Shown here piece after piece: positions 27,948-37,224 of a stretch of DNA of 49,264 bases. Position 1 is the stretch's first letter. Every line of letters begins with the position of its first letter. The stretch lies in IMG/VR virus record IMGVR_UViG_3300010398_000004, positions 1 to 49,264 of that record; one strand, given 5' to 3'. The translations under genes were made by a program, and so were the position numbers. The stretch is from a virus (lineage: Duplodnaviria > Caudoviricetes). The notes under the pieces are model-generated. The model did no database searches. It saw nothing but the letters and a program-made list of their open reading frames with translations, and had not been told where the DNA came from.

Positions 27948-28357
27948 ACTTCCAGCCCATCTTTCCGATTGATGGTGTATCCGATGAATTGTTGCGCGTG
28001 CTCAATGATCGTTTCAGGTCCATCGTAATCGAGAGCGGCATGGTCACTACGGTTGCGAAAGCCCCCGTCGTCACGCCGCCTCCGACCGGGGGCGGCACGG
28101 GCACTTCGGGAGTAATAGCCATGACGCTGACGGCAAGCTCAACCATGATCACCGCAGCCGCTCCGGCGGGCGACGGGGAGATGCTTTTTGTAATGTTGAC
28201 GCAGGATGCAACCGGCGGCAGGCATATCACCTGGGATACGATGTTCGATCTCGCTACGCCCACCGGGGTGGATGACAGGCCGTTCCTCCGCACCGTCTTC
28301 AACTTTGTCGGGGTGACCGGAAAATGGAGGATGACTTCATACCCCGTGTCTTACTGA
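27944..28357 (+). CDS. Tail-associated protein (needle/fibre adaptor position)
   Basis: GTGA overlap; LTQDATGGRHITW shared with the 14744 fibre. Confidence 0.65.
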   Translation: MNFQPIFPIDGVSDELLRVLNDRFRSIVIESGMVTTVAKAPVVTPPPTGGGTGTSGVIAMTLTASSTMITAAAPAGDGEMLFVMLTQDATGGRHITWDTMFDLATPTGVDDRPFLRTVFNFVGVTGKWRMTSYPVSY

Positions 28358-28358
28358 T

Positions 28359-30296
28359 ATGAAAACATTGTTACTCATCCCGGTAGTAAGTTGCGTGGTG
28401 AGCGCTCAGAACCTCATCGGTCCCACCACGATTACACACGGCAGTATGACTAACCCGACCTTACGGCCTGAGAACGGCAAGCCTCTGGAGATTGTCGGGT
28501 CAGCCGCAGGCAACGGCAATCTGGTGATGAAGCCGGGAAATGTTCCGGGTAACGGCAGCGTCTATATCAACACGCCGCGTTCCGATGAGCCTGGATTAGT
28601 CATCCAAAATGGACCGGCCACTACAACCTTCGATGTGTTTCAGATCCGCGATAACACCGGGCTCAACACAACCCCGCATGTCGTATTCAAGATCATCGGT
28701 GATACAGACGCCGGATGCCCCAGTTGCGTGGTCGCCAGCGGCATATATTCGCGGACCAGTAACACGTATGATCTGGGCTCGAATACCAATCTCTGGCGCA
28801 AGGTATGGGCTGCGGAAGTTGATGCCACTACGGGTTTCTACTCGCCCAATACGGCCAGCAATACGCTCAACATTCCGAATGGTGGGGTGCTGGCCGTCAA
28901 TGGAACATTCGGAACTGCCAGTAATTATCTCATCATTCAAGGCACGCAGCCGCAACTGGACGGAGGCTCGCTTGGCGCGGCTTTTCAAATCAATGGGTCG
29001 AACACGGTCAACGGAGATATCGTCTTGAACCCAGGCAATGTATCGACCAATGCTTCCGTTGTCATCAACGAAAGAGTGATCAGCGAGCCCGCTCTTATCA
29101 TTAATAACATCGCTGGTAGTAGTGCAGGCAATATCTTCGAAATCAGAGATCCCAGCAATACCGCCGTCTTCAAAGTGATTCGCACGGCTGATCCAGGAGC
29201 CAATGCGCCCAACTCGGTAGTGTCCTGGCATCATTACCCCGCAGCGAATAATACCTATATCATCGGGGCTCCGGCCAACCGCTGGGCTACAATCTATGCC
29301 GTCAATACGGATACGTCCCAGACGGTAACGGCAGGCACCGGTTTCTACAGCGGGAATAGCGCGTCGAACACTCTGAACATTCCTAACGGTGGCGTATTGG
29401 CCTTCAACGGCACATTCGGCAGCGCTACCAATTATCTGATCATTCAGGGAGTACAGCCGCAACTGGACGGAGGCAGTCTGGGTGCCGCTTTTCAGATCAA
29501 TGGAAGCAATTCGGTGAACGGAAACATCACGTTAAATCCAGGCAACGTTGCTCCCAACTCTTCGGTTGTCGTCAATCAGAGGATTCCCACTAATCCAGCG
29601 CTCATCGTGAATAACATCTCCGGCACGGGCGCGGGAAGCATTTTCGAGATTCGCGACCCATCGAATATAGCCGTCTTTAAAGTTATCCGGAACAACGATC
29701 CTGGGCTGAACGCGATGAACTCGATAGTGTCCTGGCACCATTATCCGGTAACTGCGAACACATATAATATCGGGGACGGCGGAAACAGATGGGCCACTGT
29801 CTTTGCCAATAATGGCAATTTCTCCGGCCAGCTTTCCGTGGGCAGTAATCTATCCAGCTACAACGGCTCGGTTACAGCGGGCCGGGGGATGGCTGCGATT
29901 TACGGCTCGTACGCTTTTACCAACCTGACCACCGGTATAAGCGATACGGCATTCCAGTATAATGGTGCGCCTCTTTCGGCGGGATTGTATCGCGTGGCTT
30001 ACGATCTGAATTGCAGAACTCTCGGAGCCTCCCCGTCTGGTGTCATCGGCGTGACCATCCATAATGCATTCAATTCGTCATATTTTGCGCTTCAGAATTC
30101 GAACGCTAACTTCAACTGCGCGAGCGGAGAAGCTGCGTCAAACAAAAGCGCCATCCAGACCAACGTCACTTTCTACACGGACGGATCTGCGGAATCCTTC
30201 TCCGGAAGCGGCAGGGCTGGCTTTGGTGTGTCCGTATTATCCGGCCTGTCGAATGCGAACTACGACTTTCATCTCATCTTAGAAAAGCTGCAATAA
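28359..30296 (+). CDS. Tail fibre/spike with signal peptide and 169-aa internal tandem repeat
   Basis: MKTLLLIPVVSCVVSA|Q; three NTY.(L/I)G....W...(W/Y/F)A fibre motifs. Confidence 0.8.
   Translation: MKTLLLIPVVSCVVSAQNLIGPTTITHGSMTNPTLRPENGKPLEIVGSAAGNGNLVMKPGNVPGNGSVYINTPRSDEPGLVIQNGPATTTFDVFQIRDNTGLNTTPHVVFKIIGDTDAGCPSCVVASGIYSRTSNTYDLGSNTNLWRKVWAAEVDATTGFYSPNTASNTLNIPNGGVLAVNGTFGTASNYLIIQGTQPQLDGGSLGAAFQINGSNTVNGDIVLNPGNVSTNASVVINERVISEPALIINNIAGSSAGNIFEIRDPSNTAVFKVIRTADPGANAPNSVVSWHHYPAANNTYIIGAPANRWATIYAVNTDTSQTVTAGTGFYSGNSASNTLNIPNGGVLAFNGTFGSATNYLIIQGVQPQLDGGSLGAAFQINGSNSVNGNITLNPGNVAPNSSVVVNQRIPTNPALIVNNISGTGAGSIFEIRDPSNIAVFKVIRNNDPGLNAMNSIVSWHHYPVTANTYNIGDGGNRWATVFANNGNFSGQLSVGSNLSSYNGSVTAGRGMAAIYGSYAFTNLTTGISDTAFQYNGAPLSAGLYRVAYDLNCRTLGASPSGVIGVTIHNAFNSSYFALQNSNANFNCASGEAASNKSAIQTNVTFYTDGSAESFSGSGRAGFGVSVLSGLSNANYDFHLILEKLQ
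28830..29810 (+). repeat. Two diverged 507-nt-period repeats in fibre gene
   Basis: TGFYS..ASNTLNIPNGGVLA.NGTFG...QPQLDGGSLGAAFQINGSN starts at 28830 and 29337. Confidence 0.9.
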
Positions 30297-30300
30297 CGCT

Positions 30301-30456
30301 ATGTGGTTACTCAATACGTTTCTCTATTTACTGCTCGTCTTTGCTCCCGACCTCTGCCAGAAATTTTTGGACAGCGGTGCGCCGATGTGGAAGTGCGTGC
30401 AATGCACGCCGCAGCAGATCCAGGCCGGTCCTCCGGCTCTGCCGGGGGGCAAATGA
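30301..30456 (+). CDS. 51-aa protein with hydrophobic N-terminus
   Basis: MWLLNTFLYLLLVFAPDLCQK...; fills the gap, ATGA overlap with next gene. Confidence 0.5.
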   Translation: MWLLNTFLYLLLVFAPDLCQKFLDSGAPMWKCVQCTPQQIQAGPPALPGGK

Positions 30457-30731
30457 TGCGCTTGGCCGCAATTACTTTCCTGGCGGTGCTTTTGGCGCGT
30501 GCCGCCGATGCCCCCATCATCCGGCCTCTTCCCGAAGTCACGGCGCTGAAATTTGAAAACATTCGGTTGCGTATCCAGATTGCACAGAGCGAACAGAATG
30601 TGCTCATCGAGCAGACGTGCAAGGAGGCCGGAATTCCAGTTGACCGGTGCATTATAGACACGGCGAAAGGACAGATCCGCGAGAATGTGCCGGAGAAGCC
30701 GCCGGAGCCCCCGAAGATCCCGAAGAATTAA
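30453..30731 (+). CDS. Signal-peptide-bearing coiled-coil protein (fibre chaperone or spanin-like candidate)
   Basis: MMRLAAITFLAVLLARA|AD; 2 Cys; Pro-rich end. Confidence 0.6.
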   Translation: MMRLAAITFLAVLLARAADAPIIRPLPEVTALKFENIRLRIQIAQSEQNVLIEQTCKEAGIPVDRCIIDTAKGQIRENVPEKPPEPPKIPKN

Positions 30732-30756
30732 GCCTCCAGGGCTGAACTGGCGATAA
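30729..30756 (+). promoter_or_regulatory. sigma28-type late promoter 5 (GNAT/ejection operon)
   Basis: TAAG-N16-GGCGATAA; ATG 8 nt downstream. Confidence 0.82.
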
Positions 30757-30764
30757 GGAACCGG

Positions 30765-31544
30765 ATGGATCTGCGCATCGAGAGCCCCTTTCCGGCGCAC
30801 GCCTACCCACGGGTGTGGGGGTGGATCGAAACCTTCCGCTCGCGCGTGCTCGATGATTTCAGCCCGCAAAGCCTCCCCGAATACCTGGAGAGGTGTCTGG
30901 CGGATTCCGACAGGCTGAAGACATGGGCCGTTTACCGCGACGGGGAACTGGGCGGGATGGTGACCTTCGAACAATGGAACCCGATGCTGGGCACCTGCCA
31001 CTGTCTGTTCAAAAAGGCGCTCTGGGGGCGTGCGGTGACGTTGCCAGCGCTCCAGCAGATTGCCCAGGAGATTTTCACGGACACCAAAACCACGAAGATT
31101 GCCATGTGCGTCTTCCACGATAACCGTCCGATCCGGTCATTGTTGACCGATCTCGGAGCAGTCATCGAGGGCACATACAAGGCGCACACCATGCGCAATG
31201 GAAAGCCTTGCGACATGATAGCGTTCGCGTTATTCAAAGATCAGTTTGAGGACAAACTAAATGCCACAATCAGTGATAGCAGCCGGGATAGGCGGAATCA
31301 GTTCGATTCTGGGAGGAGCGCTGTCCAGCCGTCCCAAGACGTACACGCAGACGGTGACGCCCACGCTGTCGCCGGAGATACAGGCGCTCGCGAGCCGCCT
31401 CCAGCAGTACAGCCAGGACAGCATGATGAACCCGCAAGCCGGATTCGCCCCGATCCGCTCATCGGCAATGGATGCAATCAACCGCAACTACATGGACATT
31501 CCCGCGCAAGTATCGGCTCAGATGGCGGCGCGGGGATACGGTAG
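30765..31544 (+). CDS. GNAT (RimJ/RimL-like) acetyltransferase, P22 gp14-like position
   Basis: W.V...GELGG, LWGR, V...N.....L...LG...EG.......NGK..DM. Confidence 0.8.
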   Translation: MDLRIESPFPAHAYPRVWGWIETFRSRVLDDFSPQSLPEYLERCLADSDRLKTWAVYRDGELGGMVTFEQWNPMLGTCHCLFKKALWGRAVTLPALQQIAQEIFTDTKTTKIAMCVFHDNRPIRSLLTDLGAVIEGTYKAHTMRNGKPCDMIAFALFKDQFEDKLNATISDSSRDRRNQFDSGRSAVQPSQDVHADGDAHAVAGDTGAREPPPAVQPGQHDEPASRIRPDPLIGNGCNQPQLHGHSRASIGSDGGAGIR

Positions 31545-31959
31545 CAGCGGTGCAATGGGCAACTCGCTGTACAAGGTAGCATTGGGCCGTGGCGGGCAAC
31601 TGTCCGATTTGGAAGGCCAGCTAGCGCAAGCGGCCATCAATCAGAGGAACTTCGGCGCAGGGCTCGGGCAGAACCTCGTGAGCATGCTCAGAGGCAGCAC
31701 CAGCACGAGCAATGTGCCGGGTGATGTGGCTGGCTCCCTGTTCCAGAGTGCGGGCTCCGGCTTAGAAAACCTCGCCACCATCATGACGCTGAATAAGCTC
31801 CTGACGCCGGGACCAACCGGCATGATGCCAAGCGGCTATCAACAGCCTTCGGTAGCCTCGATGCTTCCGCTGCCAAGTTTGGGCGGGCTCGCAGCACCTG
31901 CACCATCGATTAACTACGGCAGCTACATAAGAGGCATTCCCTCATCAGGGGGATACTAA
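31261..31959 (+). CDS. DNA ejection/pilot protein (P22 gp7-like)
   Basis: Gly/Ala-rich IAAGIGGISSILGGA N-terminus, A.RG.GSSG, Gln-rich. Confidence 0.75.
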   Translation: MPQSVIAAGIGGISSILGGALSSRPKTYTQTVTPTLSPEIQALASRLQQYSQDSMMNPQAGFAPIRSSAMDAINRNYMDIPAQVSAQMAARGYGSSGAMGNSLYKVALGRGGQLSDLEGQLAQAAINQRNFGAGLGQNLVSMLRGSTSTSNVPGDVAGSLFQSAGSGLENLATIMTLNKLLTPGPTGMMPSGYQQPSVASMLPLPSLGGLAAPAPSINYGSYIRGIPSSGGY

Positions 31960-33548
31960 TGGGCGCTCATGTAACCAATCCTCTCGGGAACTATCTCTCC
32001 GGCGTCATCACCGCGCACGGCATCGCGGAGCGCATCCACCAGGAAGCGCGGGCGCAGCAGCAGTTTGAAATGCAGCAAGCCATGCAGCAGCAGGAGCAGG
32101 CCACGCGTGAGCAGCAAGCCTCGATGCAGGATATCCAGACGCGGTTGATGCTCCAGCAGGCAGGCAGGCCGGTAGTAGGTGGCACGGTGCAGGACATCAT
32201 CGAAGGCCGCATTCCGGACGCCGCCGGTAATTTCGCCGCCGATATTAACCCGGAGCATGTAGCCAGTTACCTCCGTAAGCCGGAACCATCGCGTCTTGTT
32301 ACTTACAAAAGCCAAACCGGGCCGTTGCAGTACGAACTCTATACGCCTGAGGAGCAGATGCAGCGGCAAAGAGAATTGCTTTCGCAACAGTCGTATGCGG
32401 AGGCGCTTGCCAAGGCTGATGCGGCGCAGCGGGTGCAGAACTACATCAATGAGACATATGGGGCACCGCTCGCGAGCAGCATCACCGAAGCGCTCTCGAT
32501 GGCTCCTGGCACGAAGGTGCCGCTCGAACAGATACCGGCTTTAGCACAGAAAGCGGCAGAGATTGCCGAAAAGAGAGCGCAGGCCGGGAAGGCGGCATTA
32601 ATTACTACGGGTAAAGATCAGATCGTGTGGACACCATCGCCTACCGGCGGCGCACCAACCGTGTTCGCGCGAGGCCCCGCAGGGGAACCGCCGCAGCCCA
32701 CCACCCCCAGCTTGTACGTGAAGGCGGCACAAGGCGACCCGCTCGCCAAAGCAGCGCTGGCTAACATGCAAAAGGATTTAATAGCGCGAAGACCGGTAAC
32801 CACGTTCGTAGCGCCGTCCAATGCCCCCGCAGGACCGGTGACCATCGATCAGGTGCCTGAGGACATCAGACCAACGGTTCAGCGTATAGGAACATATCGC
32901 GGAAAGATGCCGCCGCTTGGCAGGAATAATGTCACTAATCAACGGATTCAGTTCTGGCTCGGCAAAACTTATCCAAAGTATGACGAAACCAAGTTCGAAA
33001 CTAAGAATGCAATGCGGAAGGATTATGAGGCAAATGGCCCGCAGGGCAAGGAGATTGGCGGCATTGTTACCGGCCTGGGCCATGTTGGCGCACTTGGAGA
33101 CGCCATTGATGCTCTAAATAATAGCAACCTTCCACTTATGAATAGAATAGCCCAAGCTGTTGGATTGCAGATTGGTAAGGACCCGGTTACTGTATTTAAC
33201 ACCATCGTGCATAAAGTCGCCCCAGAGTTAAATAAGGCCTACGGCGGAAGTGGAGCGGTAGAGGAAATCAAGAAACAGGAGAGCGACTTCAATCCCGCAT
33301 TGGGCGATACGCAGTTGCGTAGCAATCTGCGAACAACCGTAAAATTGCTGGACTCAAAAATCCAATACTTGGCACAGCGATGGAACAGGAACGAAATGGG
33401 TAGTGATTTCTTCGATGAGTTCTTCACGCCAGAGGCGCGGGCCACGCTCGCTAATTGGATGCCAGCGGCTAGCGCCCCGGCTAGCGCCCCGGCAAATCCA
33501 TACGCTAATCAGCCACCGGCAAATCCCTGGCGAAACCCTCCAAAGTAA
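31959..33548 (+). CDS. DNA ejection protein (P22 gp20-like position)
   Basis: Gln-rich coiled coil; position between ejection genes. Confidence 0.65.
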   Translation: MGAHVTNPLGNYLSGVITAHGIAERIHQEARAQQQFEMQQAMQQQEQATREQQASMQDIQTRLMLQQAGRPVVGGTVQDIIEGRIPDAAGNFAADINPEHVASYLRKPEPSRLVTYKSQTGPLQYELYTPEEQMQRQRELLSQQSYAEALAKADAAQRVQNYINETYGAPLASSITEALSMAPGTKVPLEQIPALAQKAAEIAEKRAQAGKAALITTGKDQIVWTPSPTGGAPTVFARGPAGEPPQPTTPSLYVKAAQGDPLAKAALANMQKDLIARRPVTTFVAPSNAPAGPVTIDQVPEDIRPTVQRIGTYRGKMPPLGRNNVTNQRIQFWLGKTYPKYDETKFETKNAMRKDYEANGPQGKEIGGIVTGLGHVGALGDAIDALNNSNLPLMNRIAQAVGLQIGKDPVTVFNTIVHKVAPELNKAYGGSGAVEEIKKQESDFNPALGDTQLRSNLRTTVKLLDSKIQYLAQRWNRNEMGSDFFDEFFTPEARATLANWMPAASAPASAPANPYANQPPANPWRNPPK

Positions 33549-33554
33549 CTGGCT

Positions 33555-36500
33555 ATGGCAGACGTTCAATCCATTATCGGTTCAGCCAACGTCCCCGATA
33601 ACATTAAGGCCGATGCCTGGGATGCATTCCATGCCGCCACCAGCGCCGCTGATTTCAAGACGCGTTTCGACGCCATAGGCCTGCCCAATGAGACTAAAGC
33701 AGCGCTGTGGGATATGAAGTATCCGGCGGGCGGCGCAGGAACTGCCCCGCCGCAAAAAGCGCCTGCTTACAATCCCCTCCTGCGCGGCGCGAAGGCCAAG
33801 GGCAAGCCGCAGATGCCTCAGACTCTTCCCGGTGCCATTGTTGGCGGCATTGGAGAGTTAGGCGGCACTATAGCTGGCGACATATATTCCACCCTAGCCA
33901 ACCTGCCTGCCGGGGTCATGGCTTTCCTTCGTCATCCCTATGAGACGTCGTCGCGTGCGCTGGAGGCATTCCAGAACATTCCGGAGGGTATCGCGCGCTC
34001 TTTCGAGACGAAACCCAACTACGGATTTAAGGAGATACCGGCGCAGATCATGAGTGCACATCCCGGCGAAGGGCTGGCACGCCTGCTTGAATTCGGCGGG
34101 CCTGCCGTCGCGGAGACAGTGGACGCAGTCATGCCTGCCATCAGGGCCGGTGCCTCGATGGCTGCGGAGCAGACCATGAATGCGGCTCGCGCCGCGCAGA
34201 CGCCGCTGGCGGTTACCGGGAATGCGCTTTTTGAAGGCACGAAAGCGGCTCTCAGCCCAAAAACGGTTCTGGCTGCGGCTCCACTCGAATGGATGACAAC
34301 TCATATGGGTGCTCCTACCGGCACGGGGGCTGCTATTGCAGCGACCCCTCGTGTGGTGGGTGCAGCGATCAAGGGAGGCAAGGCCACGCTAGCCAAGAGG
34401 GCTGCGGCGGCAGAGGCCGAAGCTACCGCAGCGGCGGCTCGACCGGCAGCAGTGGCAACGCCCCCGCCCCCTGCGCCGGTCAATAAGGCCGTTTTCGAAC
34501 CGATGCCCAGCCCCGCCTTCCCCGGTTTCCCGTCCCCGATACTTCCCCCGGAATCAGCGGCACTGCAAGGCCGTCTGGAGGCACTGGCGCGAGGAGGAGG
34601 GCCACCAGCAGCAGCGGCGGCAGCGGCACCACCAGCAGCACCCCCGCCCCCACCACCGGCAGCAGCAGCCCCGGCTGCTACAATAGAAGGTAATGCAGTA
34701 CAAGGACCACGATCCGCAGTACCTGGAGGAGTTGGAGAGCAACTACCGCCGTCCACCCAAGGGACACCCGGCGGCAGTCAAGCCGCCCAAGCCGCCCAAT
34801 ACCGGCCTCAAGCGAATACCGAACTCCAACAAGTCGTCAACGACTATAACGCCCAACGGGGCCTACCGCCCGTAGATCATAGCCAATACCATCCGCTTGA
34901 CCAAGACTTCGGGCGACGTGTGGCCGATGCCTATGATGCCTTGAAGGCAGACAATAGCGCTGACCCCAGAGTGCGTGCCGCCTATGAGGCACTGATAGAA
35001 GAAACGAAGGCGCAGTACGAACATTTGGTGGCGAACGGCTACAACCTGGAGCCGTGGACGAAACCGGGCCAGCCCTACGCTAGCTCCCACGAGATGGTCG
35101 CGGATTTAAAAAACAATAAACATCTCTACTTCTTTACGGGAGGCGAAGCACATCCGTTTCTCTCTGCCATCGATCCGGCGACCGGCCTCACCATGAACGA
35201 TATTTTCCGGGCCGTCCATGACGCATGGGCGCATGCCACGGGAGGATTCGGGTTCGGGCCACGGGGCGAGGAGATGGCGCATGACATGCACTCCCAGTCG
35301 TACTCGCCTCTGGCGCGTCTCGCGATGACGACGGAGACGCGCGGCCAGAATTCCTGGGTCAATTTCGGCAAGCACAACTACGATGCCCAAGGGAATCCGC
35401 TGAACCTGTCTGCAACGCAAAAGCCCTATGCAGAGCAGAAGGTGGACATTCTACCGGCAGAGTTCCAGACACGCGCCGGAGAGCGGCAACTGCCGCCACC
35501 ACCGGCAGCGGCTGCGGCTGCTCCGGCCACCGTGACCACGGTGCCTGCGCCCGACACTGCCGCAATCCAGCAGACGATGGAGCAAGCGGCGCGAAATACG
35601 AAGACGGACGTGCTCTCGCGAACGCTATTCGTGCACGGCATTTCGCCGGAGGACGCCGCGAACATCACTCCGGAGCAATGGGCTGCGATTTCCAAATCGA
35701 CGGGCGTCAATCCGCCCAGCCCCACATCCATCGATCAGACCATCACCAAACTGCGCGATCTGCACACCGCCGCAGCCCAAGCCGCTGAACCCCCGCCCGC
35801 GCCACCGGCAGTAGCAGCGAATCCGGAGGCTCTTGGAATCGCGGAGCGGCTGCGCAACGAGATGCAGTCGAGCGGCACTATACCGAATCCTCTCCAGGCT
35901 GCGGTAGAGAAAAATAAGGCTGCGGCTGCGGAGAGCAAGGCCGCACTCACCGGCGAGATCCCAGCCCCGGCAAAGGGCATCGGGTCGCTGCAAGAGCAGT
36001 TGCAGACCGTGGGCGACGAGGCGCTGGACCGGCTCAAAAAGAGCGGCGCGATGACGGGGACGACGATGTCTTCGCTGTTCCCCGCCGAAGTCACGCGGGA
36101 CATGATCACGTGGGGTGCGGCGCGGATTGCGAACGGCGCGATTGACTTCGGCAAATTCTCGAAATCCATGTTGGCCGATGCCAAGACAATCGGGCCTCAG
36201 GCCGTACTGAAAGTGTCCAAGATGCTGCCGGAGTTGTGGACGGCGGCGTCCAAAGAATATCAGCACCACGCAGAAACCATCGGGCCGTCGCTGGCGGATC
36301 TTCCCACGATCATGAAATATTACCGGGCCGGGAAAGAAGGCAAGGACTGGTATACCTTCGTCAGGCCTGCCTTGCAGCCCATCTTTGGCGATAATACCGA
36401 TCTCTTCCTGAAGATGTTCGCAGCCACCAGCCCGAACACCAACGTCACGCAGAATGTCGGGAATGCCATCAAGGCGTACCGCCAGTTCCTTTCCGGGGAA

Positions 36501-36974
36501 CCGTTCAACGGCTTCATGAAGGCCCATTTGGATAATCTCAACCGGGCCGTTGCCGGTGTGCAGATGTCCGGTCCCAAGGTAGGCGCGTTCGGCCCGAACC
36601 TTTTAGGAGATTTGACTCCGGTTACCGTCGATTTGTGGATGGCTCGCGCCCTTCTTGGAAGGGAAAAGGTAACCGATTTACAATCCAAACTGGTGGATTA
36701 TATGACGAGTCAGGCAGCAATGAAGGTGGGGCTGAAGCCCGCCGAAATGCAAGCTGCCGTGTGGACGGGGATTAAAAAGTTGAGTCAATCGAGAGACACG
36801 GCTGCGCCGCCGGAGGTCATCGTCAACGAGTACCTTGCCCGCAACCCGGTTGTGCGCCAGTTGTTCTCGGATGCGCTGAAGCAGGGTGAGCAACACTTCG
36901 CGCAGTTGAAGACAAGACAGGCTCCGGCGCTACCGCCGCGTATCAGCGGTGGCCGCATGACAGCCCCGATCTAA
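33555..36974 (+). CDS. Large ejection/polyvalent protein with metal-binding-like domain and C-terminal HhH glycosylase-like domain
   Basis: NDIFRAVHDAWAH..GFG.RGEE..ETRGQNSW; WY..ATSP..N..GPKV.AF..N.LG....VTVDLWM.R..QAAVW. Confidence 0.75.
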   Translation: MADVQSIIGSANVPDNIKADAWDAFHAATSAADFKTRFDAIGLPNETKAALWDMKYPAGGAGTAPPQKAPAYNPLLRGAKAKGKPQMPQTLPGAIVGGIGELGGTIAGDIYSTLANLPAGVMAFLRHPYETSSRALEAFQNIPEGIARSFETKPNYGFKEIPAQIMSAHPGEGLARLLEFGGPAVAETVDAVMPAIRAGASMAAEQTMNAARAAQTPLAVTGNALFEGTKAALSPKTVLAAAPLEWMTTHMGAPTGTGAAIAATPRVVGAAIKGGKATLAKRAAAAEAEATAAAARPAAVATPPPPAPVNKAVFEPMPSPAFPGFPSPILPPESAALQGRLEALARGGGPPAAAAAAAPPAAPPPPPPAAAAPAATIEGNAVQGPRSAVPGGVGEQLPPSTQGTPGGSQAAQAAQYRPQANTELQQVVNDYNAQRGLPPVDHSQYHPLDQDFGRRVADAYDALKADNSADPRVRAAYEALIEETKAQYEHLVANGYNLEPWTKPGQPYASSHEMVADLKNNKHLYFFTGGEAHPFLSAIDPATGLTMNDIFRAVHDAWAHATGGFGFGPRGEEMAHDMHSQSYSPLARLAMTTETRGQNSWVNFGKHNYDAQGNPLNLSATQKPYAEQKVDILPAEFQTRAGERQLPPPPAAAAAAPATVTTVPAPDTAAIQQTMEQAARNTKTDVLSRTLFVHGISPEDAANITPEQWAAISKSTGVNPPSPTSIDQTITKLRDLHTAAAQAAEPPPAPPAVAANPEALGIAERLRNEMQSSGTIPNPLQAAVEKNKAAAAESKAALTGEIPAPAKGIGSLQEQLQTVGDEALDRLKKSGAMTGTTMSSLFPAEVTRDMITWGAARIANGAIDFGKFSKSMLADAKTIGPQAVLKVSKMLPELWTAASKEYQHHAETIGPSLADLPTIMKYYRAGKEGKDWYTFVRPALQPIFGDNTDLFLKMFAATSPNTNVTQNVGNAIKAYRQFLSGEPFNGFMKAHLDNLNRAVAGVQMSGPKVGAFGPNLLGDLTPVTVDLWMARALLGREKVTDLQSKLVDYMTSQAAMKVGLKPAEMQAAVWTGIKKLSQSRDTAAPPEVIVNEYLARNPVVRQLFSDALKQGEQHFAQLKTRQAPALPPRISGGRMTAPI

Positions 36975-37153
36975 GACTCGCGGGCCTTGCGCAACTTCTC
37001 AAGGATGCGCAGATTTTTTGCTTTGCGCCGCGCCCGTTCCTTCTCCAGCCACTTGTGCGCGGCGGCTTTCTCGGCTGCGGTTTCCCGGTTCGTCAAGGGC
37101 ATCCCGCTGAAAATGCCGAACAGTTTGGTGAGATTGAAGTCAAGTTTGGTCAT
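36971..37153 (-). CDS. Small basic protein (60 aa)
   Basis: GAGG RBS; convergent 4-nt overlap with ejection gene. Confidence 0.55.
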   Translation of the reverse strand: MTKLDFNLTKLFGIFSGMPLTNRETAAEKAAAHKWLEKERARRKAKNLRILEKLRKARES

Positions 37154-37224
37154 GGTCTTGCCTCATACCAATACTATCCTGAAGGGGCCGGGACGGAGGA
37201 GCCCGACCCCTTCAGGGCTTCCTC

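Noticed and set aside
28830-29810. Possible DGR template/variable repeat pair
   Set aside because: No reverse transcriptase seen; both repeats are in-frame coding with mostly synonymous differences
34400-34700. GCA/CCG low-complexity tract
   Set aside because: Explained by an Ala/Pro linker in the ejection protein
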